From NCBI GenBank assembly GCA_026993285.1, contig JALWTZ010000424.1:1-36019 (forward strand): a stretch of DNA of 36,019 bases. Direction: 5' to 3'. This stretch comes from Lysobacterales bacterium (GTDB lineage: Bacteria; Pseudomonadota; Gammaproteobacteria; Xanthomonadales; S139-57). Below, one piece after another: positions 11,046 through 23,565 of this stretch. Under the pieces are notes generated by a model that worked only from the letters and a program-made list of their open reading frames with translations, did not search any database and was not told the DNA's origin. Position 1 is the stretch's first letter, and each line of letters opens with the position of its first letter. The translations under genes and the position numbers were made by a program.

Positions 11046-13241
11046 ATGAAATATCCGATTGCAATCCTCACTTTGGTACTGGCTTTACTCAGCCCGTTGT
11101 TGCATGCGGCGTCATTCACTTATCAGGGGCAGTTGTCCGATAACAACAGTCTACCAAGCAGCAACTATGATTTTGAATTTCTTTTGTTTGATGCAGTCAC
11201 CGGTGGCAGCCAGATTGGTACAACTCAGACTGCCGGTGATGTACAAGTTATCGACGGTATCTTCAGCGTGGAACTGGATTTCGGAAATAGCTTCGATGGC
11301 AATGACTACTGGCTGGAAGTGCATGTACGCGCAGGGACGAGTACGGGTGGCTATACCCAGTTATTGCCCCGGCAATATCTGAGTTTTGCTCCCAATGCCC
11401 AATATGCCATTGCTGCCAGTGATGGCCCTTTCTGGAATCTGGCAGGCAACAGTGGTGCAGGCAATTTTCTCGGTACCACTGACAGTAGCGCACTGGAACT
11501 GCGTGTGAACAACCAGCGGGTGGGGTTGATCAAGCATGCTAGTGATTTTTTCTCGGGATCTCATGCACCAAATATTTTACTCGGTTCGAAAAGCAACCAG
11601 ATTCTATCCCCTGCATATGGTGCTACGATCAGCGGAGGGGGCGGGGACTCGACATCGAATACCTGCGGCAACAACGGTACTCAGCCATGTATCAATACCG
11701 TTGCAGGCGTTTTTGCTACGGTTTCTGGTGGTTGGGCTAATTATGCTGCTGGGGATTATGCAACCGTCGGTGGTGGATCTGTAAACACAGCCAGTGGAAT
11801 ATTTACCATGATTGGAGGTGGGTCCAGTAACACGGCCAGTGGGACTTATGCCACTGTCGGTGGAGGGAAGCTGAATACGGCCAGCGCGGCCTATGCCACT
11901 GTCGGTGGCGGGAAGCTGAATACGGCCAGCGCGGCCTATGCCACTATCGGTGGCGGGAAGGACAACGCTGCAAGTATATCTTCGGCAACAGTTGGTGGGG
12001 GACAAAGTAACACTGCCAGCGATGTGTATGCCACGGTTCCGGGTGGCTATAGCAATCAGGCTGGTGGTTATGCAAGTTTTGCAGCCGGCTTCAAGGCCAT
12101 CGTCCGCGATGCAACGACTGTGGGTGATACCAATGGAGATGAAGGAACCTTTATCTGGGCCGATTCAACCAATACCAATTTTACATCCACCGGCCCCAAC
12201 CAGTTTCTGGTGCGGGCCTCCGGCGGTGTGATATTTACCGATAACAGCACGCAGAATAATCCCAACAATTCACAGGTACTGATTGACAGCGCTTCGATGA
12301 CCTATCCGCTGCGCGTAAGAGTGAATGGCACAACCGCGTTGGCAGTGAACAATCAGCGTAAGGTAGGAGTAGGCACAATCTCTCCGGAAAATGCTTTTCA
12401 TGTACAAGCCAACACCACCGGTGGGAGCGTGGGCACCCATGTTGCACAGATTGAAAACACCAACACAGGCACGGATGCGGACGGGTTGGCCATTGTGCTG
12501 GGCACGACGAGCAACCCTGGTACCACGGACAATTATATTTCTTTCTACAAGTCAGGTGGAGGTACTGCACTGATCGGCCAGATCGAAGGCAACGGTTCGG
12601 GTGGAGTCAGTTATAACACCACCGGCGCCGACTTTGCCGAATACCTTCCCACCGAAGAAACCAATCTGCAAGCCGGTGAAGTGGTGGGTTTGCACCAGGG
12701 CTGCCTGAGCCGTGACACCCAACATGCCGAACGAGTGCTGGTCATCTCTGGCACGGCGGCCTTTGTGGGCGCGGCACCACCGGAAGACAAAACCCGCGGG
12801 TATGCCCTGGCGGCGTTTATGGGCCAGGTGCCGGTGAAGGTGCGTGGTGCGGCCCGCCCCGGTGACTGGCTGGTGGCCTCTGGGAACAATGATGGCTTTG
12901 CCGAGGCCCGATCACTGGCAGAACTGCAACCGCAAGAAACTGCCCACCTGATTGGCCGGGCGCTGGAAGCCGGCGAAAACGGCCAGGTCAAGGCGCTGGT
13001 TGGCCTGTCGCCACAGGCGCTGCTGGCCGCGCAGCAAGAGGAAAACCAATCGTTGAAGGCCAGGCTGGTTCAGCTGGAAAATACGCAGCAGACCTTGCTG
13101 GCCGACCGGGAAGTCCAACAGCAACAACTGGCCCGGTTGCAACAAGCCTTGCAAACCCTGCAGGCCAAGCAGCAGCAACTACTTAGTCTTATGCAGGCAA
13201 GCCCCACAGAGGAAGAAATGGCGGAGGCTGCTGCAGAATGA
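11046..13241 (+). CDS. secreted fiber-like protein, paralog D (long form, 731 aa) with Peptidase_G2-like module
   Basis: ORF 10944..13241 is trimmed to ATG 11046 (GGGAG 8 nt upstream), with signal peptide MKYPIAILTLVLALLSPLLHAA. Architecture matches paralog C, including GADFAEYLPTEETNLQAGEVVGL...VLVISG. The tail is Gln-rich. Confidence 0.85.
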   Translation: MKYPIAILTLVLALLSPLLHAASFTYQGQLSDNNSLPSSNYDFEFLLFDAVTGGSQIGTTQTAGDVQVIDGIFSVELDFGNSFDGNDYWLEVHVRAGTSTGGYTQLLPRQYLSFAPNAQYAIAASDGPFWNLAGNSGAGNFLGTTDSSALELRVNNQRVGLIKHASDFFSGSHAPNILLGSKSNQILSPAYGATISGGGGDSTSNTCGNNGTQPCINTVAGVFATVSGGWANYAAGDYATVGGGSVNTASGIFTMIGGGSSNTASGTYATVGGGKLNTASAAYATVGGGKLNTASAAYATIGGGKDNAASISSATVGGGQSNTASDVYATVPGGYSNQAGGYASFAAGFKAIVRDATTVGDTNGDEGTFIWADSTNTNFTSTGPNQFLVRASGGVIFTDNSTQNNPNNSQVLIDSASMTYPLRVRVNGTTALAVNNQRKVGVGTISPENAFHVQANTTGGSVGTHVAQIENTNTGTDADGLAIVLGTTSNPGTTDNYISFYKSGGGTALIGQIEGNGSGGVSYNTTGADFAEYLPTEETNLQAGEVVGLHQGCLSRDTQHAERVLVISGTAAFVGAAPPEDKTRGYALAAFMGQVPVKVRGAARPGDWLVASGNNDGFAEARSLAELQPQETAHLIGRALEAGENGQVKALVGLSPQALLAAQQEENQSLKARLVQLENTQQTLLADREVQQQQLARLQQALQTLQAKQQQLLSLMQASPTEEEMAEAAAE
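11847..11981 (+). repeat. 45-nt (15-aa) tandem repeat inside the head of paralog D: two near-perfect copies plus a diverged third
   Basis: 11847-11891 and 11892-11936 differ at one base (gga versus ggc) and encode YATVGGGKLNTASAA twice. 11937-11981 is a diverged third unit (YATIGGGKDNAASIS). Confidence 0.9.
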
Positions 13242-13498
13242 AAAAACTTTTGATGCTTTGGCTACTGGCCAGTGTCACGGCGCTGGCCCAGTCCAGCGGG
13301 GGACAGTACACCTTGGACAAGCACACCATCGACAGCGGTGGCGGGACTTCCACCGGCGGCAACTACAGCCTGCAAGGCAGCATCGGACAGCCCGATGCGG
13401 GCCGGCTGGAAGGGGGCAGTTATGTCATCGAAGGCGGCTTCTGGGCCAGCGCCAGCGGCCAGATTGCCGATTTGTTGTTTGCCGACAGCTTTGAATAG
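13238..13498 (+). CDS. small secreted Gly-rich fiber-partner protein, copy 4 (86 aa)
   Basis: ATGA overlap with the stop of paralog D. Signal peptide is MKKLLMLWLLASVTALA/QS. The mature part differs from copy 3 at 8 of 69 positions (hand count). C-terminal FADSFE is present. Confidence 0.85.
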   Translation: MKKLLMLWLLASVTALAQSSGGQYTLDKHTIDSGGGTSTGGNYSLQGSIGQPDAGRLEGGSYVIEGGFWASASGQIADLLFADSFE

Positions 13499-13524
13499 CT
13501 TTTGCCATCTCATGGAGCGCAGAT

Positions 13525-13561
13525 TACATAAAAGCCGAGGCCGGTGGCCCCGGTTTATGTA
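13525..13561. terminator. long imperfect hairpin between convergent small gene 4 and gltD (possible bidirectional terminator)
   Basis: TACATAAA (13525-13532) pairs with TTTATGTA (13554-13561). Inner GC pairs are CCG/CGG and GGCC/GGCC, around a 3-nt loop. Confidence 0.45.
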
Positions 13562-13574
13562 GCTGGCAAGCGCG

Positions 13575-14981
<1,407 letters not shown>

Positions 14982-17900
14982 TCAGGCGGCCTGGCGCATG
15001 GATTCCAGCAGGGTTTCGATATCGGCGGCCTTGGGCTTGACCAGCCAGAACAGGCCGACGAAATCACGCCAGTTGTCGAGTATTTCCTGGCCAAAGGCGC
15101 TGCCGGCGTGGCGCACATGGTCCTCGATGAGGTGGCGCAGGTGGTGGGCGTGCGCTTCCATGGCCTCGTTGCTGATACGGTGGATTTCGATCAGTTCGTG
15201 GTTGTAGCGGTCCACGAACTGCCGTTCGCGGTCCAGCACATAGGCGAAGCCGCCGGTCATGCCGGCACCGAAGTTGATGCCGGTCTTGCCCAGCACCACC
15301 ACCGTGCCGCCGGTCATGTATTCGCAGCCGTGGTCGCCCACGCCTTCCACCACCGCCAGCGCGCCGGAGTTGCGCACGGCAAAACGCTCTCCGGCCTGGC
15401 CGGCGGCAAACAGCTGCCCGCCGGTGGCGCCGTAGAGACAGGTGTTGCCCATGATGGGCGTTTCTTCCGCCACAAAGCGGTGGTTGACCGGCGGGCGCAG
15501 CACCAGTCGGCCACCGGCCATGCCCTTGCCCACATAGTCGTTGGCGTCACCTTCCAGCTCCAGCAGCAGGCCGCCGGCATTGAAGGCGCCAAAGCTCTGC
15601 CCGGCGTTGCCGCGCAGCCGGACGGTGATGGGGGTATCGGCCATGCCTTGGTCGCCATGTTCACGGGCGATGAAGCCGGATACCCGCGCGCCGATGGAGC
15701 GGTTGGTGTTGCGGATCTCGTAGGCAAATTCGCCACCCTGCTTGTTGAGGATGGCCTCGCGCATGTCGGCCACCATCTGCTCGGCCAGTTCACCCTTGTC
15801 GAATGGCGGGTTTTTCGGCTCGGTGCAGTAGGGCTGGCCTTCGTGGGGTACCTGGTAGAGCAGCGGGCTCAGGTCCAGCTTGCGCTGCTTCTTCGTTTCA
15901 CCCGGCAGCACTTCCAGCAGGTCGGTGCGGCCGATGATGTCTTCCAGGCGGCTGAAGCCCAGTTCGGCGAGAATCTCCCGCACTTCCTCGGCCACGAAGC
16001 GGAAGTAGTTGATGATCATGTCCGCCTTGCCGATGAAGTGCTGCTTGCGCAGGGTGAGGTTCTGGGTGGCCACGCCGGTGGCGCAGTTGTTCAGGTGGCA
16101 GATGCGCAGGTACTTGCAGCCCATGGCCACCATGGGGGCGGTGCCGAAGCCGAAGCTTTCCGCGCCCAGAATGGCGGCCTTGACCACATCCAGGCCGGTT
16201 TTCAGCCCGCCATCGGTCTGCAGGCGCACGCGGTTGCGCAGGTTGTTCTGCAGCAGTACCTGGTGGGTTTCCGACAGGCCCAGTTCCCAGGGGGAGCCGG
16301 CGTATTTCACCGAGGTCAGCGGGCTGGCGCCGGTGCCGCCGTCATAGCCGGAAATGGTGATGAGGTCGGCATAGGCCTTGGTGACACCGGCGGCGATGGT
16401 GCCCACGCCGGGTTCGGAAACCAGCTTGACCGACACCAGCGCGTCGGGGTTGACCTGCTTGAGGTCGAAGATGAGCTGGGCCAGGTCCTCGATGGAGTAG
16501 ATGTCATGGTGGGGTGGCGGCGAGATCAGGCCCACGCCCGGCACGGCGTAGCGCAGCTCGGCAATGACCTTGTCCACCTTGTGGCCGGGCAGCTGGCCGC
16601 CTTCGCCGGGCTTGGCGCCCTGGGCGATCTTGATCTGCAGCACTTCGGCGTGGCTCAGGTACATGGGGGTCACGCCAAAGCGCCCAGAGGCCACCTGGCG
16701 AATCTTGGAACGCTTTTCGGTGCCGTAGCGGCTGATGTGTTCGCCGCCTTCGCCGGAGTTGGAGCGCCCGCCGATGCGGTTCATGGCGATGGCCAGGGTT
16801 TCGTGGGCTTCCGGCGACAGGGCCCCCAGGCTCATGCCGGCGGTTTCGAAGCGCGGGAGAATGTCCTCCACCGCCTGCACCTGTTCCAGCGGCAGGGGCT
16901 TGTCGGCCTTTTTCAGTTGCAGGAGATCGCGCAGCACCATGGGCGGGCGCCGGTTCACATGGTCGGCGAAGACCTGGTACTGCGCCTTCTCGCCGGTGCG
17001 TACCGCCAGTTGCAGGGACTGTATCACATCCGGGTTGTAGGCGTGGTATTCGCTGCCGTGGATGTATTTGTAGATGCCGCCCTGGGCCACGGGTTTGCGC
17101 GCCACCCAGGCACGCCGGGCCAGGATCTGCTGGTCTTCGTGCAGGTCTTCGAAACCGGCGCCTTCCACCCGGCTGGTGGTGCCGCGGAAGCAGCGTTCGG
17201 TCACCTGGTTGTCCAGCCCGACGATTTCAAACAGCTGGGCACCGCGATAACTGGCGATGGTGGAAATGCCCATCTTGGAGAGGATCTTGTACAGCCCCTT
17301 GCTGATGCCGCGCCGGTAGCGCTTCATCACCTGCTTGAGCTGCCATTCGTCCAGCTCGCCGTGTTGCTGGCTGAGCTTGTGCAGGGTTTCATAGGCCAGG
17401 TAGGGGTAGACCGCCGTGGCGCCGTAGCCGATGAGGCAGGCGAAGTGGTGGGCGTCGCGGGCGGTGGCGGTATCCACCACCAGGTTGGCGTCACAGCGCA
17501 GGGAGATCTGCACCAGATGATGGTGGACCGCGCCGGTGGCCAGCAGGGCGTGTACCGGCAGGGTTTCCCGGCTGATGTTGCGGTCGGAGAGCACCAGTAT
17601 GGTTACCCCTTCGCGCACGGCCTGTTCGGCCTCGGCACAGATGGCCTCGATGGCCGCCTCCAGCGGTTGTTCCGCCGGGCGGTTGAGGTCGATGATGCGG
17701 TGGCGGTAGTCCGGGTCTTCCTGGCCCAGCAGGTCCAGGTACTTGCGCTCGGACAGTACCGGTGAGTCGATGACGATGCGCTTGGCCTGTTCCTCGTTGG
17801 TTTCAAAGATATTGGCCTCGGCCCCGAAGAGGGTCTCCAGCGACATCACCGTGGCTTCACGGATGGGGTCGATGGGCGGGTTGGTCACCTGGGCAAATTG

Positions 17901-19460
17901 CTGGCGGAAGTATTCATACAGCGGGCGCACATGGTGGGAGAGCACCGGCAGCGGGGTGTCGTCACCCATGGAGCCGATGGCTTCCTGCCCCAGATTGGCC
18001 AGCGGGCAGAGTACCTGCTGCTTCTCTTCCTCGGTGACATTGAACAGCTTTTCGTAGATTTTCAGGCGGTCGGTATCCAGCACTTCGCTGGCCGGCGGGG
18101 CTTCGTCCAGGCGGGATTCCAGATAGCGCACGCCTTTTTTCAGCCAGCGCTTGTAGGGGGCGCGGGAGATGAGCTTGCGGTCGATGGCGGCGGAGTTGAG
18201 CAGCTCGCCGGTGTGTGTATCCACCGCAAGCATTTCTCCAGGCCCCAGACGGCCCTTGATAACCACCTGGTCCGGGCTGTAATCCCAGACGCCCACTTCC
18301 GAGGAAAGCGTGATATGCCGGTCGCCGGTGATGACATAGCGTGCCGGGCGCAGGCCGTTGCGGTCCAGGCAGCAGGCGGCGTAACGGCCATCGGTGAGCA
18401 CGATGCCGGCGGGGCCGTCCCAGGGGTCCATCTGCAGGGAGTGGTACTCGTAGAAGGCGCGCAGGTCCGGGCTCATGGTATCCACGTTCTGCCAGGCCGG
18501 TGGCACCAGCACACGCATGGAAACGAAGATGTCCAGCCCGCCTTCCAGCAGCACTTCCAGCATGTTGTCCAGGCTGGCGGAGTCGGAATCATCGCTGGAG
18601 ACCAGCGGCATCAGTTCCTGCAAGTCCGGCAGCAGTGGCGAGGACATCTTCATGGAACGGGCCAGTGCCCAGTTGCGGTTGCCCTGAATGGTGTTGATCT
18701 CGCCGTTGTGGGCCAGAAAGCGGAAGGGCTGCGCCAGCCGCCATTGCGGCAGGGTGTTGGTGGAAAAGCGCTGGTGGAACACGGCGATGCTGGCTTCCAG
18801 ATCGCTGTCCTGCAGGTCCAGATAGAAGCGGGTGAGATAGCTTGGCATCACCATGCCCTTGTAGGACAGGGTGTGGGCCGAGAGGGAGCAAACATAAAAG
18901 GCGGGGCATTCGCCCTTGAGGGCATTTTCCGCCAGCTTGCGGGCCACGAACAGGCGGCGTTCGAATTTGGCCTTGTCGCCCCGCTGCGGACCGTTGACGA
19001 ATACCTGCTCGATGCGTGGCAGGGTGGCCAGGGCCATTTCGCCACAGGCGGCGGTGTCGACGGGCACTTCCCGCCAGCCGGCCACGCTCAGGCCCTGGGC
19101 TTGCAGTTGTGCTTCCAGGGTCTGGCGGGCCTTTTGCGCCAGCGTTTCATCGCTGTCCAGGAAAATCATGCCCGCGGTCCACAGCCGTTCCAGGCGAAAG
19201 CCCAGCCGTTCCGCTTCCTTGCGCAGGAATTTCTTCGGCAGGGAAAGCAGCAGCCCGCAGCCATCGCCGGTCTTGCCGTCGGCGGAAACCGCGCCCCGGT
19301 GGGTCATGCGCTCCAGCGCCTGGATGGCGGTTTCCACCAGCCAGTGGCTGGCCACGCCATCCATGTTGGCCATCAGGCCAAAGCCGCAATTGTCCCGTTC
19401 GAAGGTGGGCCGGTACAGCCCTGAGGCTGGCTTGCTTGGGTGCTGTTCAGGTTGCTTCAT
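14982..19460 (-). CDS. gltB: glutamate synthase (NADPH) large subunit
   Basis: 1492 aa. It has the N-terminal amidotransferase Cys (ERDNCGFG), followed by FMN, Fe-S and GXGXG-domain regions typical of GltB. Confidence 0.97.
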   Translation of the reverse strand: MKQPEQHPSKPASGLYRPTFERDNCGFGLMANMDGVASHWLVETAIQALERMTHRGAVSADGKTGDGCGLLLSLPKKFLRKEAERLGFRLERLWTAGMIFLDSDETLAQKARQTLEAQLQAQGLSVAGWREVPVDTAACGEMALATLPRIEQVFVNGPQRGDKAKFERRLFVARKLAENALKGECPAFYVCSLSAHTLSYKGMVMPSYLTRFYLDLQDSDLEASIAVFHQRFSTNTLPQWRLAQPFRFLAHNGEINTIQGNRNWALARSMKMSSPLLPDLQELMPLVSSDDSDSASLDNMLEVLLEGGLDIFVSMRVLVPPAWQNVDTMSPDLRAFYEYHSLQMDPWDGPAGIVLTDGRYAACCLDRNGLRPARYVITGDRHITLSSEVGVWDYSPDQVVIKGRLGPGEMLAVDTHTGELLNSAAIDRKLISRAPYKRWLKKGVRYLESRLDEAPPASEVLDTDRLKIYEKLFNVTEEEKQQVLCPLANLGQEAIGSMGDDTPLPVLSHHVRPLYEYFRQQFAQVTNPPIDPIREATVMSLETLFGAEANIFETNEEQAKRIVIDSPVLSERKYLDLLGQEDPDYRHRIIDLNRPAEQPLEAAIEAICAEAEQAVREGVTILVLSDRNISRETLPVHALLATGAVHHHLVQISLRCDANLVVDTATARDAHHFACLIGYGATAVYPYLAYETLHKLSQQHGELDEWQLKQVMKRYRRGISKGLYKILSKMGISTIASYRGAQLFEIVGLDNQVTERCFRGTTSRVEGAGFEDLHEDQQILARRAWVARKPVAQGGIYKYIHGSEYHAYNPDVIQSLQLAVRTGEKAQYQVFADHVNRRPPMVLRDLLQLKKADKPLPLEQVQAVEDILPRFETAGMSLGALSPEAHETLAIAMNRIGGRSNSGEGGEHISRYGTEKRSKIRQVASGRFGVTPMYLSHAEVLQIKIAQGAKPGEGGQLPGHKVDKVIAELRYAVPGVGLISPPPHHDIYSIEDLAQLIFDLKQVNPDALVSVKLVSEPGVGTIAAGVTKAYADLITISGYDGGTGASPLTSVKYAGSPWELGLSETHQVLLQNNLRNRVRLQTDGGLKTGLDVVKAAILGAESFGFGTAPMVAMGCKYLRICHLNNCATGVATQNLTLRKQHFIGKADMIINYFRFVAEEVREILAELGFSRLEDIIGRTDLLEVLPGETKKQRKLDLSPLLYQVPHEGQPYCTEPKNPPFDKGELAEQMVADMREAILNKQGGEFAYEIRNTNRSIGARVSGFIAREHGDQGMADTPITVRLRGNAGQSFGAFNAGGLLLELEGDANDYVGKGMAGGRLVLRPPVNHRFVAEETPIMGNTCLYGATGGQLFAAGQAGERFAVRNSGALAVVEGVGDHGCEYMTGGTVVVLGKTGINFGAGMTGGFAYVLDRERQFVDRYNHELIEIHRISNEAMEAHAHHLRHLIEDHVRHAGSAFGQEILDNWRDFVGLFWLVKPKAADIETLLESMRQAA

Positions 19461-19641
19461 GGTGCAGAGACTTCTGACGAAACGGAATCGTACATTAGCA
19501 AAGCGCCATGGAATGGCCTATCCATCCTTTGTAATAGGGGTGGATATCAGGCAAGAGGATACAAAGGGTTACATTCCGAAGGTTTGCATTTTGTGTCGAA
19601 TGGTTTAGCATTTGCGCAAAATATATACAAAGAGGTATATC

Positions 19642-20484
19642 GTGCGTACTTGCTTGCCACGGGGATTGACACTGGCCACCGGATTGGCAGCATCGTTTCT
19701 TGTTCTGAGTGTTCAGGCGCAAACGCGCCCCTTGTGGGCACCCAAGGCCCCGGAAAAGCCCGAGGCACCGCCCATGCCGGTCACCGAAAAACCGGAACCG
19801 GAGTTTGAAATGGATCGGCCGGTTTTCCATCGGCCAGCCACGGATGCGGACATCGAACGGCCCGCAACGCCGCCAGTAGCCACCACCTTGCCGGATGTTA
19901 CGGCTGGTGATGTGGAAACCCTGGACAGGGAGCCGGCACGCCGTCGTGCCGTGCGTGGCCGGGCCTTGCCCGAACGCAGCAATGCACAGGCTGTGGAGGA
20001 ACCAGCGGTAAGGACGGTAGAGCCGGAACCGCAGCCGGTTGTTCCAGAACCGGTACCAACTATTGTGGAGGATGCCAAGGATCATGTACCGGTTTCTCAA
20101 CCGGAAGCGCAGGCCCTTGAAACAGCGTCGGAAGTGCCCGTGCAACAGCGTGAGGAACAAATGGCCATGAATGTTCCACAACCCTCCCCGGCTGAAGCGC
20201 CCTCGGCCAAGAATACACTCAGCAAGTTGAAGGTATTGAGCAAGGGTCGCCTGCCGCAAATGCCCAATGCTTTCTACAATGGTACGGAAGGCTGGGTACG
20301 CCTGGAGTTTTCTCTGGACAGCAGTGGCAAGCCAGTTGCGATACATGTGCTGGAATCACAACCCAAGCGTGTATTCAACCGTGTGGCCATGAAATACTTG
20401 CGAAGCTGGCGGTATCAGGTGGATGGACTATCGGAAGCGGCCTTGAATGAACGGCGCAATGTAAAGGTCGTTTTCAAGCACTAA
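19642..20484 (+). CDS. TonB-family protein (Pro-rich spacer plus TonB C-terminal domain)
   Basis: The start is moved to GTG 19642 (AAGAGG 6 nt upstream). It has an N-terminal hydrophobic segment and a PKAPEKPEAPPMPVTEKPEPE spacer. The C-terminal EGWVRLEFSLDSSGKPVAIHVLESQP.RVFNRVAMKYLRSWRY fits the TonB_C pattern. Confidence 0.7.
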   Translation: MRTCLPRGLTLATGLAASFLVLSVQAQTRPLWAPKAPEKPEAPPMPVTEKPEPEFEMDRPVFHRPATDADIERPATPPVATTLPDVTAGDVETLDREPARRRAVRGRALPERSNAQAVEEPAVRTVEPEPQPVVPEPVPTIVEDAKDHVPVSQPEAQALETASEVPVQQREEQMAMNVPQPSPAEAPSAKNTLSKLKVLSKGRLPQMPNAFYNGTEGWVRLEFSLDSSGKPVAIHVLESQPKRVFNRVAMKYLRSWRYQVDGLSEAALNERRNVKVVFKH

Positions 20485-21373
20485 GTGCGTTTTGCAGGGC
20501 TTTCAGCATGGCAGGCATGTGCCTGACAACCAGCGAGAAATGCCCTTCATTCTCCAGCCAGTGTGTCTGCATTTTCCAGCCGTGGTCGAGATAGGCCCGG
20601 CTGGCTGCTGGAGGTACGGTACGATCCGCCAGCCCGTGCCACAATGAAACCGGGCAGGTGATGTTCTCCCAGTGATCGGGTTTCAGGTGGGTGTAGATCC
20701 ACAAATCCCTTGCCGCACCCTTGCCACCCTGCACAAAGGCCTGACGGGTGGATGCCCGGGCCAGCTGCATGAAATCCGGCAGGGCACGCACGGCCTGGTC
20801 GGCAGGCGGTGCAACAGCCATGAGTATTCGCAGGGCCAGTGTGGGCCAGTGGTACATCAATGGCCCCAGAAAAAATCGATAAAACCCTTCGGCCCACTGG
20901 GGACGGTGCTGACTGAGCCGGATCAGCATCCGTGCAGACCGGGCCATGCCAGCATCCAGATCCGGGTTGCCCAGGTGATGGACCGGTGCAGCCAGCAGCA
21001 GCGCCTGTACCTGATCCTTTAGCGTGGCTGCTGTTTCCACTGCGTAGGGCCCGCCACCGGAAAAACCTGCTACAGCAAAGTGTTCATGTCCCAGCGCACG
21101 CATCAACAGGCAGGCGGTTTCAGGCCAGTCGGCCAGGGAGCGTACCGGTTGATAGGGGCTGCCCCCGTAACCGGGACGATCCGGAGCAATGATGGATAGC
21201 TGCAATGATTTTGCAGCGTGATGGGCCAGCCCGGCTTCCAGACTGCAGGCCGGAAAGCCGTGGCAATAGAGCACGGGGTAGCCTTGTGGGTCGCCCCATT
21301 GTCGCCAGCCAAGCTGCTGACCGTTGCCCAGGGTCAGTGTCTGCAGCGGTGGGTAGGGTGGTGACAGGTTCAC
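20474..21373 (-). CDS. alpha/beta-fold hydrolase
   Basis: The nucleophile elbow GFSGG is present, along with HGFP and an N-terminal region typical of the fold. GTG start 21373 overlaps the hflD stop (GTGA). Confidence 0.75.
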   Translation of the reverse strand: MNLSPPYPPLQTLTLGNGQQLGWRQWGDPQGYPVLYCHGFPACSLEAGLAHHAAKSLQLSIIAPDRPGYGGSPYQPVRSLADWPETACLLMRALGHEHFAVAGFSGGGPYAVETAATLKDQVQALLLAAPVHHLGNPDLDAGMARSARMLIRLSQHRPQWAEGFYRFFLGPLMYHWPTLALRILMAVAPPADQAVRALPDFMQLARASTRQAFVQGGKGAARDLWIYTHLKPDHWENITCPVSLWHGLADRTVPPAASRAYLDHGWKMQTHWLENEGHFSLVVRHMPAMLKALQNALSA

Positions 21374-21948
21374 AGGTCGGACAACAGCTTCTTGCGCCGG
21401 AAGACCAGATGCCAGCGGCTACCGCCGGTTTGTGTCCACAGGCGCGCTGCACGAATGCCAGCCAGCAGCAGGCTGCGGATGGCCGCCACGGTACGGGCAT
21501 TCCGCAGGGCCTGGGGTTGCCCCTGTACCATGATGCGCGGGCTCATGGGTGAGATGTGTTCACTGTAGAGTCGTGCCATGGTCTCCAGGACATCCAGTTG
21601 TGTCAGGGGACGCCCGTTTTGAGTGGCCTGAAGTTGTTGCAAGCCGGTTCGCAGGGCTTCACTGCTGGCAGGGCGGTTGTTCAAACGGGCCTGCAGGGCT
21701 GTCATGTTACCCAGATAGCCGATCAGGTGCAGCCGCTTCGATTGATCCAGGCATTCTCGTGCCACTTGCCGACCTGTGCCCAGGCAGGCGGGGTTGAAAA
21801 CGGCACGGGCTTCAGGCGGGTCAAAAACAAACAGGCCTTGCAGTACACAAGCAAGATCAGACTCATGCACAGGCCGACGATAGGCCAGATCATCCACCAG
21901 CCCGGCACACTGAAACATGGCCGCCAGTGCCAGTCCACGTTCATTCAT
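21370..21948 (-). CDS. hflD: high-frequency-of-lysogenization protein HflD homolog
   Basis: It sits immediately downstream of mnmA, as in E. coli. The N-terminal [18 protein letters not shown] resembles the HflD LALAGICQSARLVQQLAH. ATG 21948 (GGAG 9 nt upstream) is preferred over TTG 21981. Confidence 0.7.
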   Translation of the reverse strand: MNERGLALAAMFQCAGLVDDLAYRRPVHESDLACVLQGLFVFDPPEARAVFNPACLGTGRQVARECLDQSKRLHLIGYLGNMTALQARLNNRPASSEALRTGLQQLQATQNGRPLTQLDVLETMARLYSEHISPMSPRIMVQGQPQALRNARTVAAIRSLLLAGIRAARLWTQTGGSRWHLVFRRKKLLSDL

Positions 21949-23044
21949 GCGGGCATTCTCCGTGGTTGAATCGCCTTTCAATCACACCGCCGCCCAAACA
22001 GGTTTCATCCTCATAGAACACCACGGACTGCCCTGGCGTGACGGCCCACTGTGGCTGGTCAAAATAGACGCTACAGCCTTCGTCTTTCAGCGTGACAAGG
22101 CAGGGCTGGTCGGCCTGGCGATAGCGGGTCTTGGCTGTACAGCGAAATTCCCTGGCGGGAGCCTGGCCGTTGATCCAGTTAAGCTGGCTGGCTTCCAGCG
22201 CCGTGCTGTAGAGCATGGGATGGTCATGGCCCTGGGCCACGATCAGGCGGTTGCCGGGTACATCCTTGTCCACCACGAACCAGGGTTGTTCCGAGCCGCC
22301 ACGGGTGCCACCGATACCCAGACCCTTGCGCTGGCCCAGGGTGAAATAGATGACGCCGGGGTGTTCTCCGACAAGCTGGCCTTCCGGTGTAACCATTTTG
22401 CCCGGCTGTGCGGGAAGGAAGCGGGAAAGAAATTCGCGGAAATTACGCTCGCCGATAAAGCAGATGCCGGTGCTGTCCTTCTTGCCGGCGGTGACCAGCC
22501 CGTGGGCCTCGGCCAGTTTTCGTACCTGCGGCTTGGGCAGTTCCCCCACCGGGAACAGGGTGAGACGGAGGGCATCCTGGCCCAGGGCATGAAGAAAATA
22601 GCTCTGGTCCTTGTTGCGGTCCTTTCCGCGCAAGAGGTGGTACTGGCCATCGCGTTGTTCCACCCGGGCATAGTGGCCGGTGGCGATGCGTTCCGCGCCC
22701 AGGGCCTGTGCGTGTTCCAGAAAGGTCTTGAACTTGATTTCCCGGTTGCAGAGGATGTCCGGGTTGGGCGTGCGGCCGGCGCGGTATTCGGCCAGAAAAT
22801 GCTCGAAGACCTGATCCCAGTATTCGGCGGAAAAATTACGGGTATGCAGGTGGATGCCCAGCGTGTCGCAAACGGCCTGGGCATCGGCCAGATCTTCAGT
22901 GGCGCTGCACTGGCCGTCACGGTCGTCCTCGTCCCAGTTTTTCATGAACAGGCCTTCCACAGGATAGCCTTGTTGTTGCAGCAGCAGGGCGGCCACGGAG
23001 GAATCCACGCCACCGGACATGCCAGCCATGACAGCAGGTTTCAT
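21941..23044 (-). CDS. mnmA: tRNA 2-thiouridine(34) synthase
   Basis: The PP-loop is [12 protein letters not shown]. The catalytic Cys context and family-wide similarity fit over 367 aa. Confidence 0.95.
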   Translation of the reverse strand: MKPAVMAGMSGGVDSSVAALLLQQQGYPVEGLFMKNWDEDDRDGQCSATEDLADAQAVCDTLGIHLHTRNFSAEYWDQVFEHFLAEYRAGRTPNPDILCNREIKFKTFLEHAQALGAERIATGHYARVEQRDGQYHLLRGKDRNKDQSYFLHALGQDALRLTLFPVGELPKPQVRKLAEAHGLVTAGKKDSTGICFIGERNFREFLSRFLPAQPGKMVTPEGQLVGEHPGVIYFTLGQRKGLGIGGTRGGSEQPWFVVDKDVPGNRLIVAQGHDHPMLYSTALEASQLNWINGQAPAREFRCTAKTRYRQADQPCLVTLKDEGCSVYFDQPQWAVTPGQSVVFYEDETCLGGGVIERRFNHGECPHE

Positions 23045-23502
23045 GGTTTTTCCGTTGGGTTGAGGTGGGTTACGGTTTCAATAGGCAGGCAGTGGCCCTT
23101 CAGGTATTCCTCGACACAGCGACCAATCATGGGAGAGCGCCATTCCTTCCTGCGTTGCCGGATTTCATCTGCGGTCAGCCAGACCGCTTGCACAATGCCA
23201 TCATCCAGCGGCGCGGCCGCATCAAAGCGGATGGCTTCCACCGCGTAGCTGAATCGCAGAAAGGTTTTGCGGTTGTCCGGATTACGCCATAAATGGATAG
23301 GCAACAGGTGTTTGATCGTGCCCGTCCAGCCAGTTTCTTCCATCAGCTCACGCAACACGGCCCGGGCCGGGTCTTCCCCGGGTTCCAGATGGCCGGCGGG
23401 CTGGTTGAGCTTGAGTTTGCCGCGTATCAGTTCCTCCACCATGAGGAATTTGCCATCGTCCTCCACCACGGCGGCGACCGTGACATGGGGTTTCCAGACC
23501 AT
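23041..23502 (-). CDS. nudJ: Nudix hydrolase, NudJ-like
   Basis: The Nudix box is [22 protein letters not shown]. The N-terminus [21 protein letters not shown] is close to E. coli NudJ. It has an ATGA overlap with mnmA, the same order as E. coli nudJ-mnmA. Confidence 0.8.
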   Translation of the reverse strand: MVWKPHVTVAAVVEDDGKFLMVEELIRGKLKLNQPAGHLEPGEDPARAVLRELMEETGWTGTIKHLLPIHLWRNPDNRKTFLRFSYAVEAIRFDAAAPLDDGIVQAVWLTADEIRQRRKEWRSPMIGRCVEEYLKGHCLPIETVTHLNPTEKP

Positions 23503-23565
23503 CCGGATGCCTTGTGCCAGTTCGAGCCGGTATGGTAGCTCAGAAGCCGGCAGGACGAAAGCGTG

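Noticed and set aside
586-13241. Classical trimeric autotransporter adhesins (type Vc)
   Set aside because: The head-like repeats fit. However, none of the four C-termini has the four-strand beta-barrel anchor or a terminal aromatic residue. All end in Gln-rich helices followed by a short acidic or polar tail.
1-13498. Prophage or tailocin interpretation of the tail-fibre-like genes
   Set aside because: The window has no capsid, terminase, portal, sheath, baseplate, lysis, integrase or repressor genes. All fibre-like proteins and their partners carry Sec signal peptides, which phage fibres do not need. The flanks are housekeeping genes. This cannot be fully excluded without sequence to the left of the window.
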